From Chiloscyllium plagiosum (lineage: Eukaryota), in contig NC_057719.1 of NCBI RefSeq assembly GCF_004010195.1, positions 46,138,021 through 46,202,020 of the forward strand: a stretch of 64,000 nucleotides of DNA, in the 5' to 3' direction. Each line of letters begins with the position of its first letter. The stretch's first letter is position 1. Shown here in pieces: positions 12,560 to 26,635 of this stretch. Made by a program: the position numbers and the translations under genes. The notes under the pieces are model-generated. The model did no database searches. It was given only the letters and a program-made list of their open reading frames with translations, and was not told where the DNA came from.

Positions 12560-13076
12560 CTTTTGTGGCAAGTAACGCACTGCATGATTCCTTGAAACCA
12601 TCAGCACAATCTGTGTGTGTGATGGAATACTCTCCATAGATCTGGCTGATTGCAGCTTGAACAATAGTCAAGAAGCTTGACACCATCCAGGACAAAACAT
12701 CCACTCAAGTGGCACCTTATCTAACTTTCAACATTCATTCCCCCTGCCATCAATGCACAGTGGCAGCAAGTTACCAAGATAGCATTTTCTAAACCCATAG
12801 AAGGACAAGGAAGGAAGATATATGGGAACACCACCAGCTACAAGAATCCCTCCAAATCACTCATCACCCTGACTTGGAACAAAATTAGTGGTCTTTCACT
12901 GTCACGGAGTAGAATCCTTGGAGCTCTCTCCTTAACGCACCTTGGGTGCCACCAAACCAAGGACTGCTGCAGTTCTAGAAGGCAGCTTATCACCACTTTT
13001 TCAAGGGTAATTAGGGATGGTCAATAAATGCTGGCCTAGCCAGCCACGTCGGTATCAGAACAAGGAATGAAAAAAG
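12560..13076 (+). mobile_element. LINE (CR1/L2-type) 3' fragment
   Basis: MEYSP..W...KLDTIQDK-type coding remnant and 3' end caataaatgctggcc...aatgaaaaaa, shared with 48850, 54710 and 60710. Confidence 0.7.
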
Positions 13077-13445
13077 CCACAAGGAAAAAAAATGTACCTC
13101 TTTACTTAAATGTCTATAATGTCCACTATTACATTGACAAAATCACTGTTGTTCACCAAAGAACAAAAACAGAAGTTGCTGGAAAAGCTCAGCAGGTCTG
13201 GCAGCATCTGTGAAGAGAAATAAAAGTTTATGTTTCGGGTCCGGTGACCGTTCCTTAAAACTGATGGTAGCTAGGAAAATGGTGGTTTATTTGCAGAAAA
13301 TAGAATGGAGGGAGGGGTAAGTAGTAAACAATAGTTATAGATAGAGCCCAAAGAAAGAGAACTACAGCTGGACAGACAAAGGAGTTGATAATGATCTGAC
13401 TAGCAGGGTGAATAGCTGAAAATGGCTAAGAATAGGTAGTGTGTA

Positions 13446-13621
13446 CTGAGGAACCTAGATTATCTGAATGACACGGGCAGGGAGTATTTTGTTCAGATAA
13501 TCGAATTTTTGGATAATCGAATGCTGGATAACACAGTTTAGCCAAGTTTTGGGAACTTGCAATCTTCTTCGGATAATCCAAAATTCAGCTCATTGAATGC
13601 TGGATAATCGAGGTTTCTCTG
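13446..13621. mobile_element. Tigger/pogo-type MITE (176 bp) nested in a PLE
   Basis: TA flanks (13444-45, 13622-23); imperfect TIRs CTGAGGAACCTAGATTATC / GATAATCGAGGTTTCTCTG; internal repeated GATAATC motifs. Confidence 0.8.
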
Positions 13622-14307
13622 TAATGGCAGACTATGTGATAACAAGGCCTGGTGATAGGGGGCTAGGACATGGAGGAGTTCAGGCCCTAAAATTATTAAA
13701 TTCGACATGGAGTCCAGGAGGCTGCAGGGGACCCAAATGGAATATGAGGTACTGTTCTTTCAGCTTGCACTGAGCTTCACTAGAGTACTGCAGTGAAGTA
13801 CTCTAGTAAGTACAGACAGATGCTTGCTATTGGGAACAGGGTGGCGTGTTAAAGTGGCAGGCAACTGGAAGCTCAGGGTCCTTTTTTTGCAGGCAGAATA
13901 TAGGTGTTCTGCGAAGCACAGATTGGGCAACTGCTTCATTTCCCTGGTGTAGAGGAGAGCACATTGTGAGCAGCGAATGCCGTAGACCAGATTGTGAGAA
14001 GTGCAAGTCCTGAAAGTCCTGCTTCACCTGGAATGTTTGTTTGGGACCTTGAATACTGAGGAGGGAAGAGGTAAATGGTCAGGTGTTACATCTTCGATGA
14101 TTGCAGGAAAAGGTGTTGTGGGGGATGTTAGGAATGACGGAAGTGTGGATCATGGGGTCCCAGATGGAACAGTTCCTGTGGAAGGCAGACAAGGGGAGAC
14201 TGGAGGGGGTCTGTGTCTGGTGGTGATATCTTGCTGGAGGTGGCATAAATGGCAGCTGTTGATCATCTTGTAGATGCTGGTGGGATGGTAGATAAGGACA
14301 TGGGGAA

Positions 14308-14573
14308 GGAGAAAGCGAGGACTGCGGATGCTAGAGACCAGAGTTGAAAAGTGTGGTGCTGGAAAAGCGCAGCAAGCCAGGCAGCATCCGAGGAGCAGGA
14401 GAATCGACGTTTCTGGCATAAGTCCTTCTTCAGGAATGAGACTGGTGTGCCAAGCAGGCTAAGATAACTAGGCGGAAGATGAGACGCTCTTCCTCCAGGC
14501 GTCGTGTGGCCAAGGTCTGGCGATGGAGGAGGCCAAGGACCTGCTGTCCTTGGTGGAATGGGAGGAGGAGTTA
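14308..14573 (-). mobile_element. Internally deleted PLE copy nested in another PLE, 14-bp TSD
   Basis: TSD aaggacatggggaa at 14294-14307 and 14574-14587; terminus has a hammerhead core (14401-14437) with mismatched stem II. Confidence 0.8.
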
Positions 14574-14806
14574 AAGGACATGGGGAACCCTATTGCTGTT
14601 GCAGGAGGGAAGAGAGGGGGTGAGAGCAGAAGTGCGGGAGATGGGCCGGACCCAGTTAAGAGCCCTATCAACAACAGTGCTGGGGAATCCTTGGTTGAGG
14701 AAGAAGATGGACATTTCAGAGATTCCCTTGTCAATGCTGGTCTCATCAGAACATAAGCAACGGAGGTGGGGGAACAGGGAGAATGGAATGGAATCTGGGA
14801 GAATGG

Positions 14807-16014
14807 ACTGGTTTACTGCAAGGTTTTGTTCTTTGAATAAGAAGCAACACTACTGAACTGTTTACTACCATCGCAACATGATTACTGTATTTATAAAAAA
14901 AATTCCTGTAAAACCTGTAAAAAAATTCAAGTACCGGTGTTAATTTTTTTTTGAAAAATCATTCAAAGAGTGAGCTGAGGAAGGAGGTTGTGAAATTAGG
15001 AAAAATGTTTTTGCTTAAATCTTTACTTTTAAATTTAATATGCTTCTCCAGGCAGATTTTCTCCCCAACCCACATCAAGGAACACATGTACGGTCTTCCT
15101 GCCGATTGGCACAACTTTCACAATGACCAAATATCCAACTCGTGGGCAGCAGCTTTTGAAGATTGGGATTATAAAGCCAGGTCTACTTCTAATTCTGGGC
15201 CACAGAATCTGCTCAGAAGGTTGATTGTCTAGAATGACTATATGAATAAAATTAAATTTTATTTCACATTTTGGATAGAATTTCCAGTACTAAATCTTGA
15301 TCTTGAAGGCAAAAAAATTATTCCCTCCAATTACCATTCATCTTTCTCCACAGACTCTCTTGCAACTTATTTTGTAATTAATTACATAATTGCATGCAAG
15401 CTTTCTCCAATTTCCTCTTCCCAAACAACCAAAGTGAATTAACTGGAGACAGACATCTTTGCACAGCTGGGGAAGGCAGCATAACATAGGCAACATAGGT
15501 AAAAACAAGGACTGCAGATGCTGGAAACCAGATTCTAGATTAGAGTGGTGCTGGAAAAGCACAGCAGTTCAGGCAGCATCTGAGGAGCAGGATGTCAAAG
15601 CTTGAAAACCATTAAAGAAAAATACCCGTTACCTTTCTTCTCTCTCATTTAAAATCTTGATTACATTGTGTGGAACGTGAAAGTTGACTTTATTTGAACA
15701 TTAAATCCTAAAAACATTCCCATACCTGCATGCTAACAAACATGGTTCAGAATTCAGAAGATTCAAGCCTGCCCTTCATCTGTGTTTAGAGTAGATGGCA
15801 AATTGCTCACACCTTACTCTATTTGCACAATCAGCTTTTGTGCAACAAACTCACTATTAAATACCCCCGAATTCAAACTGGTTTACTGCAAGGTTCTGTT
15901 CTTTGAATAAGAAGCAGCACTACTGAACTGTTTACTACCATTGCAACATGATTACTGTACTTAGAAAAAAAAATTCCTGCAAAACCTGTAAGGAAATTCA
16001 AGTGCCGGTGTTAA
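14807..16014 (+). repeat. ~137-bp direct repeat (14807-14943 and 15877-16014)
   Basis: Both copies read actggtttactgcaaggtt.tgttctttgaataagaagca.cactactgaactg...ccggtgttaa with about ten differences. Confidence 0.9.
15500..15591 (-). mobile_element. Short PLE terminal fragment
   Basis: ggactgcagatgctgg...gtggtgctggaaaagcacagcagttcaggcagcatc; stops before the hammerhead. Confidence 0.7.
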
Positions 16015-16249
16015 GCAAACAGTTGGCTTCAAAATTTAACAGATGAAATTAATATTAATGAGTTAAATGACAGAAGGAACTTTTGAAAACTAGATTTTAA
16101 AAAAAAATCACACGATAAAGCTACCATCTGACTTTTGTATGACCTAAACAGGGGAACATCCAAACACAGTAGTAATTTTAAATATTTAGGACATCCAAGG
16201 TTATAGTTATGGATCAGGAAGGAAGTTAACCCACCTGGATTGTTTCATC

Positions 16250-16890
16250 CAGGGTCATCTTATTTAAGAAAACCAGCATGGATTGAAATCATGTTTTAAG
16301 TAACAATTTGAGATTTTAGATGCAGCAAAGGGAAAGAGCTGGTGTGGCATACACAGACATCTAAAAACCCAGAAGGCATTCTAAAGTAGTGCCACATTAT
16401 AGGTTAATCAGAAAAGTTGAGGTCCATGGAGTATAACGAGCAGTGGTGACTTGGATATAAAGTCAGTCAAATGACAGGAAACAAAGTAGTAGTAAATCAG
16501 ACTGGGAAGATTAGCTGTGGGGTTCTTCAGAGGACATTAGTATGACAACGTGCAAATTTTCTTTATCTACATTAGTAACCTTGACTTGGGTGTAGAGAAC
16601 ACAATTCAAAATTTTAGATGAGCTGCAAGTATCTTGAACTTGATAGGGATAGATTTTAAAAGGACACAGTCAGGTTTATGGATTAGGCAGAAGGCTGCAA
16701 AATCTAATGTAAAGAAATGTAAAGTGATACATTTTGATTGAAAGCACCACAAAATACAAGGATACAATTCCAAAAGGAATGCAGGAGCAGACAGATCTAC
16801 AGATCTGGAGGTATATGTGCCCAAATTGTTGAAGGTAGCAGGACAGTTCAACAAAGTGGTCAATAAGACGTAATAGTTACTATGCCTTAT
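16250..16890 (+). mobile_element. Old CR1 LINE RT fragment
   Basis: Degenerate match to the CR1 RT region seen at 62000-62700. Confidence 0.6.
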
Positions 16891-19556
16891 TGGAGACTTG
16901 GGATCAAGCTTTTATTCAGGCAGAAGAACTAGACAGGCCAGCTCCTGTTGTTGCAATCTCACTTCCTGCTTGAACTGCTAATCTATGCTATTTTTATGGT
17001 GGCTGAAGGGCTGAGCTGAAGTTGGATTGCCATCTCCCAAAGCAGGAAAAGATGGAGGATAGAAGACTGTTTCTGTTCAGTGGGATACCAGCTCAGTTCA
17101 ATACATGTGTTGGACACCCATAACCTCATCAAATCATTTGCACAGCCAAACAAACACTCATGGCCACCAACCTTATATCCGCAATGGTCAGATCTCATGA
17201 GTCCTGCAAATATACTGGCAAATCTTGGAGATGCTCATGAAATTGCTTCCTGTGATCCTCACCGTGCCATGTGTCTCCCATTCACTGATTCTCCCTCTTG
17301 TGTGCTGTTTCTGTTTTCTGAACCATCATTGCAAGTGAGAACTGGTGGGAGGAAATGATGTGGGCTGCACTGTGGACATTTGGGAGGGAAATGGAGAATG
17401 AGGATTAATGAGCAGTCCACAGGTAAGAAAAGTAAGGGGTACAGTGAATACCACTGCTTCAGGCATTAGATAAGCCTGTGGTTATTAACTACATTGCTTC
17501 TGCTACTTCAGTGCCTTGATGGTCAGATTGAGCACTGATTATATATGACTGCGGCATTTAAAAAAAAATGGTTGTTAGTAGGATGTGAGCATCAGTCGTT
17601 GGGCAAGTAATTATTGTTCATCCCTAATTTTTTGGATAAGGTAGCTAGGAGTTGCTTTCTTGAAATGCTACCATCCTTGGGAATTCCAGGATTTTGAGCC
17701 AGTAGTAGTAAAGGTAGTCAAAATAATTTTAAGTCATGAAGGTATGTGGCTTGAAGGGAATTTGCGATTAGTGGCCATTTCCATGTGGGGGCTACAACCT
17801 TTGTCCTTCCAGGTAGTACAGATTTGAGGTTTGAAAGCTACTGATGAAGGAGCAGTCGTAAGTTACTGCAGTGCTTCTTCAAGATGGTATACATGGCTGC
17901 TACGGTGCATTTGTGGTAAAGGGCTGAAGTTGGTGTATGAAAATGTCAACCAATTGGACTTTGTCCTTGAAGCATTTACCACAAGACGCAATGATCAAAC
18001 TTTGTTATAAAGACAGCATCCCCCTAGCTTTAAGTGTTCAGTACTGGTTGGAGAAATTTAACATCAAGTACATATTTGTCTCTTTTAGCTTCATCTTTTA
18101 TAATTTCACCACCAATCCAGAAGTTGTCTGCAGTACATTTTTTTTCCAACACATTTGCTTAATTTTCATTTTGTTGCCCACAAAGAGACATTTTTCAACA
18201 TGTTCTGGAATTTCCAAGCTGTCTTTTCCAAATCCACTGTCCCTCCTCATTCGACATTAGTTGCTATGTTACTATTTTTTGCAGTTTCTGATCCCCAAGG
18301 AACTCAATAAATTTGCACAAATTTGGAGACCCATTTTGTATCCTTACTTTGCCAAAATTTTGCTTCATACATATATAGTTGACAATTTCCGAAGTGGCCG
18401 AGCAAGTTTAACATTTCAGACAAACTACATTGTCTAAAATGTCCAGTGACTACAAAACAGGTCATGAAGGACAGATATATGGAAGTTTTCATTCACAAAA
18501 ATCTTCAACCTATACACTTGCAAAGAAAAAGTGTCTCACGTGGCTCCATTTTGCTTGTTCTTAACTTATTTTTCCATTTGAGATGTTTCAGAATCTTCAA
18601 AACATTTTCATTTTGAAAGTAGCATAGTCATATATTTCAACAAGAACAAGGATAAACTGTTTCAAGTGACACATGGGTTGGCGAACAGAGGACACAGCGT
18701 TAACAGAACTTAAAGAAATTCTGTTCATGATATTGATGACATGGAATGTACTAAGTTCAAAGGGTTTTGGAAGCAGCTTCCACTGTAATTTCAAATTCCA
18801 TTCCTGAAAAATTAATTCCCAAGTTGAAAAATCAACATTGATTGCCCATTCCAGATTGTCTTTGAGAAGTCAGCTTTCTTTTTGAATCCCCGATGTTCAT
18901 GAAGTGAAGGTACTCCAACAATGCTGTTAGGATCCTTGGATGACAATATATGTTAAAGTTGGAGGGTAATGTACAAAGAATAGGCGTTTATAGGATAGAC
19001 AGCTCTATCAAATGGACAACGCAGACACAATTGAGCAGAATGGCAAGAATAAAAAAAGCAGGCAATTCAACTCACTAAAACCGCTCTGCTATTCAACCAA
19101 ATCAAAGGCGGTCTGAATGTGGTCTTAATTCCAGTTCCTTGCCTGTGCACCATTAACATAGACATATCTTTTGATCTACAATGAAGTCTAACTCAAAACA
19201 TCATCTTCACATATTCAAGGCAGCTAAAAAATGAATTTGAAATGTCACTGACAGGACAAAGATTATATATTAATCTTGAACTTTTTCTAAAGAATACTTA
19301 CTAAAGTCAAGGATACTGGAAACAGTTGCTTCATTCGCAAAAAACAAAAAGAACACAAACTGCTTGACTGGAGATGTCACATCTGTAACACTTCCAGTGA
19401 AAAGTCACAGAGTCCAGCTTGTGGATGTAATAAAGCTACTGGATTTGAACAGTCAGGAAGAAGGAGATAATTTGCCTAAGAATCAAGAACTTTCGTGCCC
19501 TCTTTCTGAAACCCCTTTCAAAGTTGAGAGTTCAAAACAGTCTGCAAAAGCTAATC

Positions 19557-19709
19557 AGAAGAAGAAAGCGAGGACTGCAGATGCTGGAGATCAGAGTCCA
19601 GAGCATAGTGCTGGAAAAGCAGGTCAGGCAGCATCCGAGGACCAGGGAAATCAATGTTTCGATCATAAGCCGAACAGGATGTGCTGTGCTTTTCCAGCAC
19701 GACACTCAA
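19557..19709. mobile_element. Mini-element of two inverted PLE termini, 15-bp TSD
   Basis: TSD ctgcaaaagct(a/c)atc at 19542-19556 and 19710-19724; arms gtgctggaaaagca / tgcttttccagcac. Confidence 0.8.
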
Positions 19710-19732
19710 CTGCAAAAGCTCATCGCTGCATC

Positions 19733-20070
19733 CATAGAATCCCTACAGTGTGGGAACAGGCCATTCGGCCCAACTAGTCCACACCGACTCTCTGAAGAGC
19801 ATCCCCATCAGACTCATCCCCCTTACTCTATAACTCTGCTTTTCCCATGGATAATCCACATAATCTGCACATTCCTGGACAATTTAGCTTTGCCAATCCA
19901 ATTAATCTGCATATTTTTCGATTGCAGGACAAAACTGGAGCACCTGGGGGAAACCCACACAGACACAGGGCAAACATGCAGTCGCCACATAGACAGTTGC
20001 CAGAGGCTGAATTGCACCTGGGTCGCTGGTGCCGTGAGTCAGCAGTGTTAATCACTGAACCACCGTGCTG
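19733..20070 (-). mobile_element. tRNA-derived HE1/V-SINE-like SINE
   Basis: Head gcacggtggttcagtgattaacactgctg, V-domain-like gtgtctgtgtgggtttcc...tgctccagttt, LINE-derived tail ...gtagggattctatg. Confidence 0.85.
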
Positions 20071-23000
20071 TGTAAGTGGGACTTGCTGAAAGGGAATGCG
20101 AAAACTCCATACTGAACCCAGGAAAGTTAATTCAGCCAGACATAACCAACTCAGGAAGATATCGCAGTGCCAACAGTTTGTATGCAAAGTGACGTTAGCT
20201 ATAGGACACAATCTGGGCATAATCATTTTCTCTAAATTTAATTGTTACTTGGTTAAAGTACTTTTAGGATAACACTCTGCAGAGTTTTTATTATTTCCCA
20301 CATCACACTTGGGAAGCAAGGGTGATAGTGGGTTAGCTTTCAAGAAGGGTAGTTGTATATAGCTTAATAGTTTGAATCTTTTGTCAATAATAAACTGTAC
20401 ATGGTTGTATGAATAAGTTCTGTTTGCAATAAACTCACTATTCATTACTTCAGGAACCGGTTTGACTGGTTTCGGGCATAGATTTATATAGTTGGTATAA
20501 CTGAATGTCATTTCTCCTTTTAAATTCAACTTTGTTCTGATCATAGGAGGATCCTAACTCAGTGGTCGTGAATATATTAAATAAACCACTGTCCAAGGTT
20601 AACAGTGGAATAGAATTTCAAAGACTAACAGCCCTCAGAAGAAATTCAACCTCACCCAATCTCAAATGGGAGTCTCCTTATTTTTGAACTGTGTCTCCTA
20701 GTTCTAGATTCCCTCATGAGGGGCAAAACTCTCTCAGCATCTACCCCAAGTTTCAAAAGGGTTGTTTACATTCTAAATTCTAGCAAGCATATGGGCCCAA
20801 CTTTTCCTCATTAAAAAAATCACTTCATTCCAGGAATCATTAGAGAACTTTCTCGGAACTGCTTTCAATGCAAGAATGTCTGTCCTTAAGCACGGAGAGC
20901 AAAATGGCACACAGTACTCTAAGTGCAAATTGCCCTGTACAGTTTCAACAAAAGTTCTCTACTTTTTTACTTCATTGTCCTGGAAGTAAAGGCTAACAGT
21001 TCATTCGCCTTCCTAATCACTTGATACACCTGCAAAGATTTTCTAAACCATCTGAAGGATACACTGGTCTCTCTGCATGGGAGCTTCTATAGTCTCGCAT
21101 ATCTTCCCACATTATACACCTATTCCAAATTATTGACCACTCACTCAAGCTAGCCACTGTAACTTCTTCAGATGATTGGAAAGGAATCCAGAAGAACTTT
21201 ATCCACACTGTGGCTGCTGGTGTACACACAACTGTCCCTGATAGCTCTCAGTTGGCAGGCAGTAGGAGCATCAGTGAAGTCTGAAACTCTGAAAATCAAA
21301 AGGAACCGTGCTGCACAATTCTGTGATTCATTCTTGTTGATTAGAAGGCTCTAGGCAATAAACTGAACTTTATATAGACAGTATGTTCTGTGAAAAGTTG
21401 CAGCAAAACAAAGTAGCTTTCAATTTTGTATCACTGAGTCAGATTGAATACTCCTTATTTCTTTCAAGTCAACATAATAAAAAATATTCATGTTGCACAT
21501 TAATTACAAGCACGATTTGAATACAGATTGCAGGAATTGCATATACAAAAATGACAAACTATTTTTCATTAGAGTTAAAATATTAATACATTAGGGACAT
21601 TTAAATAACTCTTGGATAGGCACATGAATGACAGTAAAATGTAGAGTACGTAGGTTAATTTGATCTTAGAGAAGGATAAAAAGGTCAGCACAACATCGAG
21701 GGCCAAAGGGCTTGTACTGAGCTGTACTATTCTATGTACAGTCAATAAACACCAGATGGTCCCAATAGCTCTTTATTGTTCAATTTCTAGTAATGTTTCT
21801 GCTGCAAGGTTCTCATACTGGCATTTAATAAAGGATACATGAAACTATTTCCAGGCCCATAAACCTAACAAGGAACTAGACCTTTTTTTGAGGGGCAATC
21901 CATTACAGTTAAGAGTCTTCCAAATAACTAAACAGTAATATCCATCCATCCATAATCTGCGGGAGTGTCCCACAGAAACGTTCTCCATTTATCCATGTCC
22001 AGAAGACTTACGTGCCTTCAAGTTCGCATCAGCAACTAATGGAATTTTTAAAGTAGTGCTTGCAATTTTCTTTCCAGTTTGTATCTCACTAACTTTAAGG
22101 CATGAAGTTTCACCAGGCAGTTCCTGTGCTAACAAGTCTGTTCCTTCAGGTCTAAAGGAGTTCGATTTATCAACTAACTTCGGTGTGTGGAACTATAGAT
22201 GTGCTTGGACGCCATTAGTGCAGTGTTAATTTGGGCCTGAGCTTTCATTGATAGGCATTGAATTTTAAACTCACCTCAATCCCTGAGAGACTATGCTTCC
22301 ACCCAGTAAAACAAAATATTCAATAAATTGTCGTCAGTCAGATAACTGAGGTGAGTTTAAACTTTCAATATTAGGTCAACAAATATATTTAACTTCTCAT
22401 AAGTGAGACAAGACAGTCCACAAACAGGCATGCTCAAGTAGACTGCCATCATTCTGACATGACCTAGTTATACAATCCAGTAGGAAAACTGGACCCAGCT
22501 TTGTTCAGGTACAGGCCATCCAAACAGTTACCACTTTTTCCATTATTGGTGTCAGTGTCCTAGGAATCAAAACCCATTGCCCCCACACCAACCTTTAAGC
22601 CACACATTCATCTCTCTTGCTTACATTATTGCTATTTCCTTGTGGATTTGGTAATAGCCCAAAGATTATTACATTTGAGGTTCTGCTTTTTAAAAACTTA
22701 TCCTCCTAGTGCTCATACTCTGTGAGCAGATCACAACCATTAGGATCCTGTCTCATCCCACTTGAAAGTTCTTCTTCAGTTCATATAAATAATTTGTATA
22801 AGAATTTAGGAGGCATGGTTAGTAAGTTTGCAGAAGACACCAAAATGGTGGTATAGTCGATTGTGAAGGTGGTTATTCTAAGGGGCGTGACTGCCTCCTG
22901 GACTAAATATCCAGGTAACTTTCCCTCTCTTTGATGTATTGCAATAACTGCAATTCAAATACTAAGCAGAAGTTCCTTGAGCTGCAGTCATGTTTGTTCT

Positions 23001-26000
23001 GGTTCACATTGGTACCCAGAGATTTTTACATCCTGCAGTCACAACACATCTGTGCTGACACCTGTTTACTAGTTCCAGGAAAACAGCTCCATGGGCAAAT
23101 CAATAGTTCCAGGAGTATTGCCTAGGACTATAACCAGAATAGAATTGCAAAGCCCTCTCAAAAAACTTCTTTAACCATTAACAAGAAGTTGGAGTCAAGT
23201 GCACATCCCATGAACAGCGATCAGACATTTTCTCAGAAGTTCTCTGACAGCAACTTCAAACAACTATTAGCGACAGACCTGGAAATGAAGAGAGCAACAC
23301 AGATTTCAGTGCTGCCCTATTAATTTCCATGCCCTAACTCTTCCGGTATACGTTCTACCATCACTACACATAGTACCCAATAGTGATTCCCACCAGTCTT
23401 CAATTCTACGCTATGAGAAATTCCAAAATCCACCATCAGCTTGTTTTTATATAGAATCTCCACTAGGAAGAATACATAAAAACTTAAGATATGAATGTGA
23501 ATGAACCCTCAGCAACAATGATTAGCAAGTCTTTATTGAAAGAAGTGGACTGGATTTACAATAAATTTCAAGAATTTAACTGGAGTTTTAAAAGACACAA
23601 AATGTTTAGCAATTAATTACTGACAAAGCATTTTCAATTCTGAGATGTTAACATCCAAACCTTTTCAAAGTATGCATCTTACACTGTCTTATTGAAGGTC
23701 CATTATTGAAACTCAACAATTAAACTCCATGTAGTTTAAAATAACTCAGTTTAATTTTGTCAAAAACAATGTGTCCTGCAATTGATGGTCAGTAAAAGAA
23801 AAAGAAATTATTCATTCTATAGCTTGAATGATACTGGGTTAAATTAGCTTATTGTTTTTTCTGCAATTCACTTCGTATACTATATATGGAAGAAAAAAAA
23901 AGAACCACACAGTCTGGTCTCTAGCAATTACGTAATATCACGTGAGTGGATACACAAAGCATTAGTAATGAGATTTGATATATTTCCTAATGCAGCCTTT
24001 TAAATAACAGTTCTAAAAGTTTTCAGGGATGACCAAAACTTGCAAACCATTAGTGCAGGCCTTCATCTTATGATTATTATCGAATTTAGCAAAACAAAAC
24101 ATGCAAATATATAAAATATACTGTTCTAATATTAGAAGAGATCGTCACCATCATGTAATGTTAGCACTAAGGTACATATTTTATATGTAGTTTTGAAGAA
24201 CAGTTATTGAGTCAGAGGTATACAGCACAGAAACAGGCCCTTTGGCCCAACTTGTCCAAGAGGCTGAAGAAAATAAAACCCAACCACTTTATAGATACAC
24301 TGTCGTCATTGGCATGTGGAGAAGACCATTATTCAGTAATAAACTAACGTTTTGGTTTAAAAATTAAAATTTTTAAAGTTTATTCTGAGAATTTGGGCAA
24401 GATTTGTCAGTAATAAGTTCTCTTGAACAAACTGGGTATATTTTCACCCATACTGATTAATTTTGAAATGCGTTTATGGAAGAAGGCAACTTCTTCCCGT
24501 TTAAAATTGCAGCAGTACAAATAAAAGGCTTCAAATTTTGCTAACTTCTAACAAGGGACTCCGCCATTTCTCACCTCACGTTTAGGACCGATACACAATG
24601 GACTGGATATTACATGCGCTGCCAGGATGTTCTTGGCAGGGATAGAGGTTATGTAAAGTAAGTCCCCAGCCCATAACTTTTAAGTGCATCTTACAGCTCA
24701 TCACCATAATACAGAGGGTGGAGAGGTGCTAGAATCAATTCACCAACATATATAAATAAAACTCAAGTGACCCTCCCAATATGCTGCCAATACAAAAATA
24801 TGGCTGATGTGTGCAGTTGGGAGGAGTGATCATCCTGCTTTGAAATGCCTACATGAAGAAAGGAATGAAGGAAGGGAGACACCTGATAGAAAGGGGAGCC
24901 CTTTAAATACTGGGGTCACCCCACAAGACATCCATCCTTCCCCACCACCTGCCCAACAGAACCTAATCCCCCACCTTATCCCAGCTCCATGTTCCTTCCC
25001 AACGTAAAGACAAGACTCACCTTTCTGAGGCAGCAATGATGCAATGACTGTGCCTACTATTGACATGTTGTATTACCAAGTGCAGCTGGCAGCTCCCGAA
25101 GCCAGAGTTGCCTCCTGAGTGAAGTTAAGGAGTTCTGCAATTAATCAAATTAGCCCATACAATGTGATTACAGCTCCAAAACTCGAGCTGGTTTCCAACT
25201 CAATTTTCTTCTGCCAAGTAACATGTATTTTCCAATGTATTCCTCAGAGCTGCTATACACTTGCAACAACTTCTGCTTTTATTAAATATTTCTTCACAGA
25301 TTCTGGCTGCAAAAAATGTTTTCAGACACATCCCCATAAACAAATCAACTTAATTCCTTCCTTCTGAGACATCAATTACAGACATACACATTCCTTAATG
25401 ATGACATTTATAAACCAGAATTGGATTTTAATTGTGAAGCACAGTCACACTATACCATCAAGCAACGTAGCCAAGATCTACAGCCTTGATTCTATCATTC
25501 TACACAAGATGGTTCTGTTTTTAAAATATTTACAATACAAAGTGTTCTAAATTTAAATTTCAGGCCTTGTGGAATTTTCATATAGTTTGATATTGTTGAA
25601 ATGTTATAGCTGAAATCAAGAATGAGCTTCGCTCACAACAACACACATGGCTCCAGCTACTCTATGACTACCATTAGCTTATGTTATATAGTGCAATATT
25701 AAACTTTGTTAACAACTGGAATACAGAAGGGAAAATAAGTATCATAAAAATTACTCAGCTTTGAGGAAATAATATCTTCTAGCAAGGCACATGAAACTTT
25801 AAGTGCTTCTTGGGAAGCCAGTTTCTGGGAATAACTCGCCATTTAGCCAGAATGTGTCCCAGAATTTACAGGCATCCCTTCCACCCCACCAAAAGCACAA
25901 AGATATATATAGTCAACCAAAGCTGCTCTACCCAGTTCCTAATCTTTACCTGGACATAACAGACACCAAGAAAATGAACATTTACTTTGCACAGAGACCT

Positions 26001-26635
26001 GGGGGATGCTTTGAACATGATGGAGTCAATGTAAGACTTCCTCATCCCCTAGGACCAGCAGTCCATGACACCAGATCATGCGAGTCTCATCTAAGGTTGC
26101 TGAAAAATTTCCAAACGTTATCAACCACGTTAAAGCACTCTCAACTGCCTGAGGAATACCCAGCACTGGTCCTCACCCTTAACAATTTCTCCTTTGAATC
26201 CTCCCACTTTCTCCAGACCAAAGGGGTAGCCATGGGCACACGTATGGGCCCCAGCTATGCCTGTCTCTTTGTTGGCTACGTAGAGCAGTTGATCTTCCGT
26301 AATTACACCGGCACCACTCCCCACCTCTTCCTCCGCTACACTGATGACTGCATTGGCGCCACTTCATGCTCCCGCGAGGAGGTTGAGCAATTCATCAACT
26401 TCACCAACACATTCCACCCTGACCTTAAATTTACCTGGACCATCTCCGACACCTGGCTCCCCTTCCTGGACCTCTCCATCTCCATCAGTGACGACAGACT
26501 TGACACTGACATTTTCTACAAACCCACCAACTCCCACAGCTACCTGGATTACACCTCTTCCCACCCTACCTCCTGCAAAAATGCCATCCCATATTCCCAA
26601 TTCCTCCGCCTCCTCCGTATCTGCTCCCAGGAGGA

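Larger units (their letters stand above)
13160..14806 (-). mobile_element. Penelope-like element (second family), 5'-truncated, carrying two nested insertions
   Basis: Terminus with a degenerate hammerhead at ~13225-13262; GIY-YIG C-terminal remnant KDPELPVACHFN (ORF 13827..14027). Confidence 0.8.

Noticed and set aside
19990..20070. tRNA gene
   Set aside because: tRNA-like head of a SINE (also at 31000 and 32895); no complete cloverleaf.
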